Shown one piece after another: positions 14,273-25,500 of a stretch of 64,000 bases of DNA. The position numbers and the translations under genes were made by a program. Position 1 is the first letter of the stretch. Every line of letters begins with the position of its first letter. The DNA comes from Owenia fusiformis (taxonomy: Eukaryota): contig CAIIXF020000001.1 in assembly GCA_903813345.2 (NCBI GenBank), positions 46,624,001 through 46,688,000 on the forward strand, read 5' to 3'. The notes below the pieces were generated by a model. It made no database searches, was not told the DNA's origin, and saw nothing but the letters and a program-made list of their open reading frames with translations.

Positions 14273-14574
14273 CTGTTTTATATCTAGTGTTATAGTAATC
14301 CATTCATAATTCCGACCCTGGGTCAATGTGGGGCTTTGCCACCAATTGTTAGAGCCATCTATTGCATATCCTATAGGGTGGGCAGTTGAATCTGTACTGT
14401 TGTCACATATCCTACAATGAGCTGTAGATTCTGGTGCAAGATTGAATGGAAATCTCCGACGGACATGGTCGACTAGTTTACAGTATGTTTCTGGTCCTTC
14501 CAGACCACAGGTAGCATTTACTGTGATCTCTGCATTTGTGGCAAGATTAAGAAGCGTAGGCTCATCACTATTAA
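14273..14574 (-). CDS. LAMA1/2-like: Laminin alpha-1/2-type chain, coding exon 2 (start of LN domain)
   Basis: 302 nt, cttttatttcag acceptor, CAG|GTATGT donor. Encodes LLNLATNAEITVNATCG...YCKLVDHV...AIDGSNNWWQSPTL...ITLDIKQ; phase-1 start fits exon 1, phase-0 end fits exon 3. Confidence 0.95.
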
Positions 14575-14838
14575 CTGAAATAAAAGAAAGTACTTTAAGC
14601 AATATGCAAAACTGTATCAAAACCTTTGTATCCCTCTCTCCCATTCAGGGAAAGAAGGTGGGGGGGGGGGGTAAAATGTTGTTGAGACTAATACAGATTT
14701 GTAACAGTGCTATTCTTGCGGCAACCCTCCTCCCCACCATCTACTTCACCGCTATGGGTGAGGTGTTTAAAGGAAATGGAGCACACTTGCTTGAAGCAAC
14801 GTCAGTATTCTTCCCAACAAGGGGAGGTGTCATGAATG

Positions 14839-14896
14839 AATCCATTCATAATTCTGACCCTGGTTTATGTCGGACTTTGCCATCACTCTTTAGAGC
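14839..14896 (-). pseudogene. Decayed partial duplicate of laminin exon 2
   Basis: Aligns by eye with 14297-14355 (SNNWWQSPTLTQGRNYEWI), with a TGG>TGA stop and a 1-nt gap. Confidence 0.7.
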
Positions 14897-16404
14897 GTAA
14901 TATGTTGGTTGTGAAAGTGTATCCAAATTGATAGGAGTGATAAATTGCAAGAGATTGAAGTACTATGGAAATGATGTTGAAAAAACATTGATGTTTCAGA
15001 AAGGTAAGATTCATATCAATTTGATGATCAATAATTTCAAGACAGCTTGTTGTCTAAATTGTGATATCAGCAAAGTAGTTAATCAAAAAGATTTTGGCCT
15101 GGAAAACTATTTCAACAGTGTCTAATATAGACACCTGTACAAAGGGAAATGCTCAAATCAATTAATAATCCACAAATGAAAAATCTCTCACTTCAAAGAC
15201 ACTTGAAACCCTTGATCGACATAATCATTGAAAGAAAATAATTCATCTGAAAAGTTTTGGCTCAGGAAACAATTTAAACAACTTGTCCAGTACGTTTGCC
15301 TGCAATTCATGGCAATTCACCAATTAGAGGCCCATGAGAGTTGATTCATCCTAAGACAAGCAAAGGAAGATGAATTCTTACAACAATTCCACAATTTCAT
15401 CCTGCTCTTGGAATTCTACAATTTCTTATTTTGTATGAATCGTTTTATTGGGATTTCACATCTTGGTCTAACAAGGTATTCCATATGACAATGAATATCA
15501 GTTGTGTGGCTAAGGGGTCTCTATGGGTGAGGCAAAATGAAAATGATGAGGCAAATACCATTTGAATTATAAGAGGTAAAATAACATGTGACTTCAATTT
15601 CAATCAAAAGAAACTACATTCATGAATATGACATGACAGTAAAGAATTTTAGTCGTCTTGAACCTAAGACAAGTAACATGTTAGATGGAGCCTTCTCAAC
15701 TGCAGCTTCCTAACTCTCTTTTTCCCATTTGTTAATGAATTCTCCAGTCTTTGAACTTTGTTATTCTGCAAGGGGGATCTCTATAAGAGCATATGATGTA
15801 TAGTACTAGAGCCTACTACTACTATGATCACCTACAGGTGTAACAGACAGCTCCTGCCTGGTAATTACAGGTAAAACATATTGGGAGTATCCCAACTGTC
15901 TGTTATCTATTAGCTTTAATAGCCTAACGATCAATTTATGCAGATATAACACATGGAAAAACAAGTGTCTAACTTTGTTGAAAATTAATGTTTAAAGCAA
16001 TTATATTTGACAAAACCTGTTTAATATCAAAATGAATTATTGCTTTACTGTACAAGTGCATGTTGTATGAGATGGGTCCAAAAGATTATATGGCAATACA
16101 AAACACACCTTTACCCATCACATTCAAACTTGATAGTGATTATATTGTAACAACTAGCCTAATTTGGGTAGTGTGGATGGTTGTTATTTATTTTATTAGG
16201 CTAAGTCACTTTGAGGGATACTTGGTGCACATTAAATGCACGTGATGATATAGCGACACAACATCGAATATAAACTAAACACACATATATTGTTGCTTAT
16301 CCAGCCCAAAAATGTATACAGAATAAATCGGTGTAAATTAAGTTGTAGAGAGACTATTTGAAAGTCCTTTGTTTATGTGAAATATCAAAGATTATATTAA
16401 AGAG

Positions 16405-18661
16405 TCTATCTTTCTCTATCAGTTATATCTTCTTAGTTTCTGGACATCAGTTATATGAAATATTCGAAGTTTCTAGACATCAGTAGTTGAAATATTCTAA
16501 GTTTCTGGACATCAGTTGCCGGGAATATTCTATCTTTCTGACATCAGTAATCGAAATATTCTAAGTTTCTGGACATCATTGGTCGAGAATATTCTATCTT
16601 TCTGACATCAGTTATATCTTCTAAGTTTCTTGACATCAGTTACACGAAATATTCCAAGTTTCTAGACATCAGTCGTTGAAATATTTTAAGTTTCTGGACA
16701 TCAGTAATCGAAATATTCTAAGTTTCTGGACATCATTAGTCAAGAATATTCTATCTTTCTGACATCAGTTATATCTTCTAAGTTTCTGGACATCAGTTAC
16801 ACGAAATATTCCAAGTTTCTAGACATCAGTCGTTGAAATATTCTAAGTTTCTAGACATCAGTAATCAAAATATTCTAAGTTTCTGGACATCATTGGTCGA
16901 GAATATTCTATCTTTCTGACATCAGTTATATCTTCTAAGTTTTTGGACATCAGTTACACGAAATATTCCAAGTTTCTAGACATCAGTCGTTGAAATATTC
17001 TAAGTTTCTGGACATCAGTAATCAAAATATTCTAAGTTTCTGGACATCATTGGTCGAGAATATTCTATCTTTCTGACATCAGTTATATCTTCTAAGTTTC
17101 TGGACATCAGTTACACGAAATATTCCAAGTTCCTAGACATCAGTCGTTGAAATATTCTAAGTTTCTGGACATCAGTAATCAAAATATTCTAAGTTTCTGG
17201 ACATCATTGGTCGAGAATATTTTATCTTTCTGACATCAGTTATATCTTCTAAGTTTTTGGACATCAGTTACACGAAATATTCCAAGTTTCTAGACATCAG
17301 TCGTTGAAATATTCTAAGTTTCTGGACATCAGTAATCGAAATATTCTAAGTTTCTGGACATCATTGGTCGAGAATATTCTATCTTTCTGACATCAGTTAT
17401 ATCTTCTAAGTTTCTGGACATCAGTTACACTAAATATTCCAAGTTTCTAGACATCAGTCGTTGAAATATTCTAAGTTTCTGGACATCAGTAATCAAAATA
17501 TTCTAAGTTTCTGGACATCATTGGTCGAGAATATTCTATCTTTCTGACATCAGTTATATCTTCTAAGTTTCTGGACATCAGTTACACGAAATATTCCAAG
17601 TTTCTAGACATCAGTCGTTGAAATATTCTAAGTTTCTGGACATCAGTAATCGAAATATTCTAAGTTTCTGGACATCAGTTGTCGGGAATATTCTATCTTT
17701 CTGGGATGTCGTAAATATTCTAAGTTTCTGGACATCATTGGTCGAGAATATTCTATCTTTCTGACATCAGTTATATCTTCTAAGTTTCTGGACATCAGTT
17801 ACACTAAATATTCCAAGTTTCTAGACATCAGTCGTTGAAATATTCTAAGTTTCTGGACATCAGTAATCAAAATATTCTAAGTTTCTGGACATCATTGGTC
17901 GAGAATATTCTATCTTTCTGACATCAGTTATATCTTCTAAGTTTCTGGACATCAGTTACACGAAATATTCCAAGTTTCTAGACATCAGTCGTTGAAATAT
18001 TCTAAGTTTCTGGACATCAGTAATCGAAATATTCTAAGTTTCTGGACATCAGTTGTCGGGAATATTCTATCTTTCTGGGATGTCGTAAATATTCTAAGTT
18101 TCTGGACATCAGTTGCCGGGAATATTCTATCTTTCTGACATCAGTTATATTTTCTAAGTTTCTGGACATCAATTGTCGAGAATATTCTATCTTTCTGGGA
18201 TGTCGTAAATATTCTAAGTTTCTGGACATCAGTTGCTGGGAATATTCTATCTTTCTGACATCAGTTGCTGGGAATATTCTATCTTTCTGGGATGTCGTAA
18301 ATATTCTAAGTTTCTGGACATCAGTTGCCGGGAATATTCTATCTTTCTGACATCAGTTATATTTTCTAAGTTTCTGGACATCAATTGTCGAGAATATTCT
18401 ATCTTTCTGGGATGTCGTAAATATTCTAAGTTTCTGGACATCAGTTGCCGGGAATATTCTATCTTTCTGACATCAGTTGCTGGGAATATTCTATCTTTCT
18501 GGGATGTCGTAAATATTCTAAGTTTCTGGACATCAGTTGCCGGGAATATTCTATCTTTCTGGGATTTCTGGACATCAGTTGCCGGGAATATTCTATCTTT
18601 CTGACATCAGTTGCTGGGAATATTCTATCTTTCTGGGATGTCGTAAATATTCTAAGTTTCT
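16405..18661. repeat. Tandem array of 27-33-bp monomers with a 157-bp higher-order repeat inside the 3' LTR
   Basis: Monomer GACATCA-(variable)-AATATTCTAAGTTTCTG; TACAC(G/T) marker at 16641, 16798, 16955, 17112, 17269, 17426, 17583 (period 157), then 17800 and 17957. Confidence 0.97.
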
Positions 18662-18760
18662 CAGCCTCTTAGTCCCTCGTCTGTAGATGAGACACTGACA
18701 TAGGAGCTCCTTCCTCTTCAAAAGTTGTGTACGTGTCTGCTAGGAGCGATCAGTGCTCTG

Positions 18761-18768
18761 TATTTATA
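18761..18768 (-). promoter_or_regulatory. Candidate LTR TATA box (3' LTR copy)
   Basis: Minus strand GGGG-TATAAATA-CAG, about 560 bp from the U3 end; same motif at 25173-25180 in the 5' LTR. Confidence 0.65.
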
Positions 18769-19324
18769 CCCCAGACAGGTTTTGCACACGAACCTAACAA
18801 GTGATTAATGGGCTGATGCAATACCTAGTCAGTCCACTAGAATCCCAGGCAGGATATCACTAGTGCAAAATAAACAACCATGGTGCAATGAGGAAATAAC
18901 TTTTGCAAAATAAATGGCTTTGCCTAGCAATCATGATTTCTGCTGTTTAACACAAAACGAACACATATCTTGTAATGTATTAGCTAGATTAAGATATAAA
19001 CTAGATAAATATAACAAAAACCAATCATCATTGGCTCTAATTATGGTGAAATTGCAAGGAAAAACGAGTAAATGAATGTAGGTCAGCAGAGTTCTTCTAC
19101 AGGAAGTGAGAAAAATGTACAGATAAAAACAAAAATGAATCTCACAGAAAATAGCAGTTAAAACGACTCCCTGTACATCTAAAGTGTTCCATACCTTAAT
19201 GTAAGTATAACACCTATCAACCTTGACTGGGAAACACTTTCCTACTGTCAAAACTGTCTGAACTGCTAGAAAATGGTACTGGACTCCACAGATAAAAAAT
19301 TGAAAAATTAAAAAATTTGTTACA

Positions 19325-19336
19325 CTCCTCCCATCC
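19325..19336 (-). other. Polypurine tract
   Basis: Minus strand GGATGGGAGGAG immediately before the TGTAACA of the 3' LTR. Confidence 0.85.
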
Positions 19337-19668
19337 AATGATTTTGGTGTTTACAACACCAAGCCTAAGTACATAAAAAGATAACAAATTTTTCCTAACT
19401 AGATATTTTCTAAAAATATAACCTGCCAAATATATTTAACCCCAGGGTCAACTAGCTGCAACTACAATGCACAACGCAAGTTCGGAAACCTAAACTCATT
19501 AAACGCTGGTATCTCAAAACTTAACACTAAATATCTAACTACCTACTTAATACAAATGTCTAACTACTATGTACAAAAACCTTTCAGTTTTAGCTCTCAG
19601 CTAATTGTTAAGTATGAATACAAAATTATACTCATGCTAAATGTCTCGTTCAAGGCTCAACTCTCTGG

Positions 19669-22509
19669 TTAGTGCTTCACTCTATGGGAATAACAATGAT
19701 CCCTCCAGTCGCCATCCAAGTCACGTTCAGGTTGAGTCCTCAAATGTCTCATTCTATAAATTTTGGATAGGGGTGCCTTAGCTGAGTAAGTTCTGGGTTT
19801 CTCATCCTTACTGTCAATTCTAAGGTTGTAGTCTTCACTTAGCCCAGACACTTTACAACATCTTTTGTTCCTGGCACATCTATGTCCTCTGAAGCGGGAA
19901 AAACCAGCTAGATCCGCAGCTGTCCTCCTAGACGATCTCTTGGGATATGTCGAGCTGTCTCTCGTCCCGAATCTTTCTCGTTGATCTACCTCTCTGTCTT
20001 TGACTTCACTCGCTTGATCTTTAGGCACTCTTGAGTCTATAGGGTGATCATAAAAACTTCCAGGATTCTCTTGTTCAAATGTCATTTTACACTGACGATA
20101 GTTCAACACAGCTCCAGAGGCAGCTAAGTAATCGGTGCCTAAGATTCCGTCAAAGCCAATATCGGCCACAACAACCTCTATGTTCTCTGTATGACCATCA
20201 ATGTTAACCTCAAGACATGAAACTCCTTTCATTTGCAGCGGTTGTCCACCAGCTTGCAAGATAACTCTCTTAGGCGGCTCAAGCTTGGGTCTTCTGTGTT
20301 TAGGTATATTCTGGTAGACCTTTGAACTCATGATAGTACTAGCTGCTCCAGAGTCAACTAAAAATGAAACATTGGTGTCACAAACTGTACCATGTGCCAC
20401 TATCTTCTGAGTGTCCTTGGAAGACTTAACATCATTCCCCTGCAGAGAAAGAAATTCAATGGTAGCAATCTGGCCAGGTCTCTCCTGTGCTGTTTTATCT
20501 CGCTCTTCGGCACGCTTCCTTGAATAACAATCAGCTATCCGGTGACCAGGCTTGTAACAATAGAAACATTTAGGTCTATTGTTCATGTTCTCCCTATTTG
20601 TAGATTCCAATCTGGTTAACTTCATCAGGTCAACCATTTTCTCCAGGTTCTTGGTGCAAGTTTCTTGCACAGCTTGTTGCATTTGTTCTATCATTTGAGC
20701 CATCTTCTGGAACACATCTTCCTTATTATCAGGAGTACTTACAGAGTTGCAGTACTCTTCCTCGGAATCGATGAAGTTCACCCTTAACTTTGGTTTTTGG
20801 CCTTTCCTTATTCGTTCTGATTCTAGAAACGACTCCTCCTTGAGGGCTACTTCTATGGCCTTATCGAGTGTAATACATTCCTTCAAGTGTATTGTTCGTC
20901 TTATATTATCATCCTGAATAGCTTGCTCAAAACTCCGTCTCGCTAGGCGATCTTGGGCTGACTGGCTCATCTCCGGATAAGCTAAGGCTGTGAGCCTGCG
21001 GATGTCCTGGCCCAATGCCGGAAGGGATTCCTTTGGTTTTCGAATTCGGCCAACTAACTCTGCCTCATAGACGTCAGCTTTACCCCCAGGGCCAAAACGC
21101 TTCTCCAGGGCTAGGAGAAGTTGATCGTAGCTATAATCATGTCCCATCTCTAGCACTATTTGTTGGGCAGGTCCTCTCAGACTTGTTGCTAAGAACCTCC
21201 TCTTCTCCTCTTCTGACCATTTATTAGCCTCCCCACAAATCTCGAAATATGCTCTGTAATCTTGCCATGGTGTAGTTCCAGAATAAACGTCAGGTTTGAT
21301 TTTGCTTTTGCTGGATTGTTCAGAAGTTCCTTTTACAAGCTTATCACATAACTTGGAGCACATTTTGACAAGCTCTGCTGATAGATTTGAACCATGAAGG
21401 CTATCATCATTTTCCGATCTGTCCACTGAACCAGCTGGCTTTGGACTAGGAGATCTCTTCGTTGGTGAATCTTTAGGTTGATTAAGTGGCTCTTCCCTCC
21501 GGAATGGAGAAAAGCGTTGAAAAGAGGTGGAATCAGCATGCTCATCCCCTGACTTGTCCCCAATTGGACCAAAAGCCTCTAAATCTTCAGGTTGCTGCTG
21601 ATTGAATTCCTGGCTTTTATCCTCCATCAAATTTGAACCGGGACTCAGCAAAACTTTATCTTGCCTACGCAGCTGCCAAGGCTTTGTCACACCTGAAGCC
21701 AATGGGGTAGGTGTAAAACAGTCTTCAGACCTGGTGATTGAGGTAGTTTTTGGCATTGTAGGCTGACGTTGGCTATCATCCATCAAGGAAGTCTGCATTC
21801 TGGTGACATTTCCTGCATGACGGGGGTTATCATATGATGGTGGAATACTAGCTTGAATTTTCTCCATCTGACTCTTGATACCCTGTAGTTGTGTCTGTTG
21901 TTGATCCTGACAACGTCGAACTTGCTCTGCGATCTGGGTAATGTTGTGTACTTGAGTACTTTGAGTCTCCAATACTTGCTTCATACACTTCTGTTGGGTT
22001 TCAGCCAAGTTTTGCATCTGTCTTTGTTGAGCCACCAAAGATTCACTAAACATCTCAATCCTTCTCTCAATCTTGCTTTCTATTACGTTTAAGTCTGGTC
22101 TCCTTGGATCCTCTTCTCTAAACCTCCTGGTTGATCCGCCAACAACAGAAGAAGTTAAAGGAAATCTTTGTCTTCCTTGGGGATCTCTTCTTTGAGAGAT
22201 GGGGTCAAATGGCGTCTCAAGTTCTGACATTACACCTCCTGTCCAATACCCTGTACTCAATAAACTGGGCAACCCTCTCTGCTCAGTATTAATCTCAGTC
22301 ATTTTGGGTCTGGCTCCTTCTGCCAGGGTGACCTTCCCAGGGGACTGTTCCTGTTCCGCATTATCTTCTATCACTGGTGCTGTCTCATCAGCAGCTGTTG
22401 GATTATCGATTTCCATATCATCTGACTTGAAAAACACTGTTTTCTCCAGGTCCCCCTCAGTTAGGTCCTCAAAAGCTGGAGGAGGTGGAAGGTCAAGTCC
22501 TTGTTCCAT
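19669..22509 (-). CDS. gag-pro: Gag-protease polyprotein, 946 aa, no RT/RNase H/integrase
   Basis: Q-rich coiled-coil and disordered N-terminus; capsid-like block (IKPDVYSGTTPWQDYRAYFE...WSEEEKRRFLATSLRGPA...LEKRFG); zinc knuckle CFYCYKPGHRIADC; retropepsin motifs FLVDSGA and GILGTDYL; ATG 47 nt after the PBS start. Confidence 0.95.
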   Translation of the reverse strand: MEQGLDLPPPPAFEDLTEGDLEKTVFFKSDDMEIDNPTAADETAPVIEDNAEQEQSPGKVTLAEGARPKMTEINTEQRGLPSLLSTGYWTGGVMSELETPFDPISQRRDPQGRQRFPLTSSVVGGSTRRFREEDPRRPDLNVIESKIERRIEMFSESLVAQQRQMQNLAETQQKCMKQVLETQSTQVHNITQIAEQVRRCQDQQQTQLQGIKSQMEKIQASIPPSYDNPRHAGNVTRMQTSLMDDSQRQPTMPKTTSITRSEDCFTPTPLASGVTKPWQLRRQDKVLLSPGSNLMEDKSQEFNQQQPEDLEAFGPIGDKSGDEHADSTSFQRFSPFRREEPLNQPKDSPTKRSPSPKPAGSVDRSENDDSLHGSNLSAELVKMCSKLCDKLVKGTSEQSSKSKIKPDVYSGTTPWQDYRAYFEICGEANKWSEEEKRRFLATSLRGPAQQIVLEMGHDYSYDQLLLALEKRFGPGGKADVYEAELVGRIRKPKESLPALGQDIRRLTALAYPEMSQSAQDRLARRSFEQAIQDDNIRRTIHLKECITLDKAIEVALKEESFLESERIRKGQKPKLRVNFIDSEEEYCNSVSTPDNKEDVFQKMAQMIEQMQQAVQETCTKNLEKMVDLMKLTRLESTNRENMNNRPKCFYCYKPGHRIADCYSRKRAEERDKTAQERPGQIATIEFLSLQGNDVKSSKDTQKIVAHGTVCDTNVSFLVDSGAASTIMSSKVYQNIPKHRRPKLEPPKRVILQAGGQPLQMKGVSCLEVNIDGHTENIEVVVADIGFDGILGTDYLAASGAVLNYRQCKMTFEQENPGSFYDHPIDSRVPKDQASEVKDREVDQRERFGTRDSSTYPKRSSRRTAADLAGFSRFRGHRCARNKRCCKVSGLSEDYNLRIDSKDEKPRTYSAKAPLSKIYRMRHLRTQPERDLDGDWRDHCYSHRVKH

Positions 22510-22537
22510 ATATGAATATTGTATTACTAATCAACAC

Positions 22538-22556
22538 AATCCCACCACTGCCACCA
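22538..22556 (-). other. Primer binding site, tRNA-Leu
   Basis: Minus strand TGGTGGCAGTGGTGGGATT, 1 nt after the 5' LTR; the plus strand AATCCCACCACTGCCA-CCA matches the 3' end of metazoan tRNA-Leu (AAG/TAG class) as I recall it. Confidence 0.85.
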
Positions 22557-22557
22557 A

Positions 22558-25500
22558 TGTAACAACTAGCCTAATTTGGGTAGTGTGGATGGTTGTTATT
22601 TATTTTATTAGGCTAAGTCACTTTGAGGGATACTTGGTGCACATTAAATGCACGTGATGATATAGCGACACAACATCGAATATAAACTAAACACACATAT
22701 ATTGTTGCTTATCCAGCCCAAAAATGTATACAGAATAAATCGGTGTAAATTAAGTTGTAGAGAGACTATTTGAAAGTCCTTTGTTTATGTGAAATATCAA
22801 AGATTATATTAAAGAGTCTATCTTTCTCTATCAGTTATATCTTCTTAGTTTCTGGACATCAGTTATATGAAATATTCGAAGTTTCTAGACATCAGTAGTT
22901 GAAATATTCTAAGTTTCTGGACATCAGTTGCCGGGAATATTCTATCTTTCTGACATCAGTAATCGAAATATTCTAAGTTTCTGGACATCATTGGTCGAGA
23001 ATATTCTATCTTTCTGACATCAGTTATATCTTCTAAGTTTCTTGACATCAGTTACACGAAATATTCCAAGTTTCTAGACATCAGTCGTTGAAATATTTTA
23101 AGTTTCTGGACATCAGTAATCGAAATATTCTAAGTTTCTGGACATCATTAGTCAAGAATATTCTATCTTTCTGACATCAGTTATATCTTCTAAGTTTCTG
23201 GACATCAGTTACACGAAATATTCCAAGTTTCTAGACATCAGTCGTTGAAATATTCTAAGTTTCTATACATCAGTAATCAAAATATTCTAAGTTTCTGGAC
23301 ATCATTGGTCGAGAATATTCTATCTTTCTGACATCAGTTATATCTTCTAAGTTTTTGGACATCAGTTACACGAAATATTCCAAGTTTCTAGACATCAGTC
23401 GTTGAAATATTCTAAGTTTCTGGACATCAGTAATCAAAATATTCTAAGTTTCTGGACATCATTGGTCGAGAATATTCTATCTTTCTGACATCAGTTATAT
23501 CTTCTAAGTTTCTGGACATCAGTTACACGAAATATTCCAAGTTCCTAGACATCAGTCGTTGAAATATTCTAAGTTTCTGGACATCAGTAATCAAAATATT
23601 CTAAGTTTCTGGACATCATTGGTCGAGAATATTTTATCTTTCTGACATCAGTTATATCTTCTAAGTTTTTGGACATCAGTTACACGAAATATTCCAAGTT
23701 TCTAGACATCAGTCGTTGAAATATTCTAAGTTTCTGGACATCAGTAATCGAAATATTCTAAGTTTCTGGACATCATTGGTCGAGAATATTCTATCTTTCT
23801 GACATCAGTTATATCTTCTAAGTTTCTGGACATCAGTTACACTAAATATTCCAAGTTTCTAGACATCAGTCGTTGAAATATTCTAAGTTTCTGGACATCA
23901 GTAATCAAAATATTCTAAGTTTCTGGACATCATTGGTCGAGAATATTCTATCTTTCTGACATCAGTTATATCTTCTAAGTTTCTGGACATCAGTTACACG
24001 AAATATTCCAAGTTTCTAGACATCAGTCGTTGAAATATTCTAAGTTTCTGGACATCAGTAATCGAAATATTCTAAGTTTCTGGACATCAGTTGTCGGGAA
24101 TATTCTATCTTTCTGGGATGTCGTAAATATTCTAAGTTTCTGGACATCATTGGTCGAGAATATTCTATCTTTCTGACATCAGTTATATCTTCTAAGTTTC
24201 TGGACATCAGTTACACTAAATATTCCAAGTTTCTAGACATCAGTCGTTGAAATATTCTAAGTTTCTGGACATCAGTAATCAAAATATTCTAAGTTTCTGG
24301 ACATCATTGGTCGAGAATATTCTATCTTTCTGACATCAGTTATATCTTCTAAGTTTCTGGACATCAGTTACACGAAATATTCCAAGTTTCTAGACATCAG
24401 TCGTTGAAATATTCTAAGTTTCTGGACATCAGTAATCGAAATATTCTAAGTTTCTGGACATCAGTTGTCGGGAATATTCTATCTTTCTGGGATGTCGTAA
24501 ATATTCTAAGTTTCTGGACATCAGTTGCCGGGAATATTCTATCTTTCTGACATCAGTTATATTTTCTAAGTTTCTGGACATCAATTGTCGAGAATATTCT
24601 ATCTTTCTGGGATGTCGTAAATATTCTAAGTTTCTGGACATCAGTTGCTGGGAATATTCTATCTTTCTGACATCAGTTGCTGGGAATATTCTATCTTTCT
24701 GGGATGTCGTAAATATTCTAAGTTTCTGGACATCAGTTGCCGGGAATATTCTATCTTTCTGACATCAGTTATATTTTCTAAGTTTCTGGACATCAATTGT
24801 CGAGAATATTCTATCTTTCTGGGATGTCGTAAATATTCTAAGTTTCTGGACATCAGTTGCCGGGAATATTCTATCTTTCTGACATCAGTTGCTGGGAATA
24901 TTCTATCTTTCTGGGATGTCGTAAATATTCTAAGTTTCTGGACATCAGTTGCCGGGAATATTCTATCTTTCTGGGATTTCTGGACATCAGTTGCCGGGAA
25001 TATTCTATCTTTCTGACATCAGTTGCTGGGAATATTCTATCTTTCTGGGATGTCGTAAATATTCTAAGTTTCTCAGCCTCTTAGTCCCTCGTCTGTAGAT
25101 GAGACACTGACATAGGAGCTCCTTCCTCTTCAAAAGTTGTGTACGTGTCTGCTAGGAGCGATCAGTGCTCTGTATTTATACCCCAGACAGGTTTTGCACA
25201 CGAACCTAACAAGTGATTAATGGGCTGATGCAATACCTAGTCAGTCCACTAGAATCCCAGGCAGGATATCACTAGTGCAAAATAAACAACCATGGTGCAA
25301 TGAGGAAATAACTTTTGCAAAATAAATGGCTTTGCCTAGCAATCATGATTTCTGCTGTTTAACACAAAACGAACACATATCTTGTAATGTATTAGCTAGA
25401 TTAAGATATAAACTAGATAAATATAACAAAAACCAATCATCATTGGCTCTAATTATGGTGAAATTGCAAGGAAAAACGAGTAAATGAATGTAGGTCAGCA

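Larger units (their letters stand above)
16146..19324 (-). repeat. 3' LTR (3179 bp)
   Basis: TGTAACA...TGTTACA; identical to 22558-25736 except one mismatch I could find (16854 G vs 23266 T). Confidence 0.95.

Noticed and set aside
14442..14900. 152-aa plus-strand ORF, and similar ORFs at 22199-22657, 44372-44617, 53005-53422
   Set aside because: Antisense shadows of real coding regions with no independent features.
14900..15760. Possible decayed coding sequence on the minus strand
   Set aside because: Frames are broken by stops and match no family I recognise; needs TBLASTX.
16405..18661. CRISPR-like appearance (constant flanks with a variable middle)
   Set aside because: Variable parts are under 10 nt and recur periodically, there are no unique spacers or cas genes, and the context is a eukaryotic LTR.
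16405..18661. Sense-strand monomers read CUGAUG-UCCA-GAAAC, reminiscent of a hammerhead core (retrozyme-like LTR)
   Set aside because: The conserved A of CUGAnGA is U, there is no stem II and I could not build stems I and III. An in vitro cleavage test would settle it, but the sequence does not support a ribozyme call.
18017..18672. Repetitive ORFs in the LTR arrays (also 24429-25084)
   Set aside because: By-products of stop-free repeat frames on both strands; no domain features.
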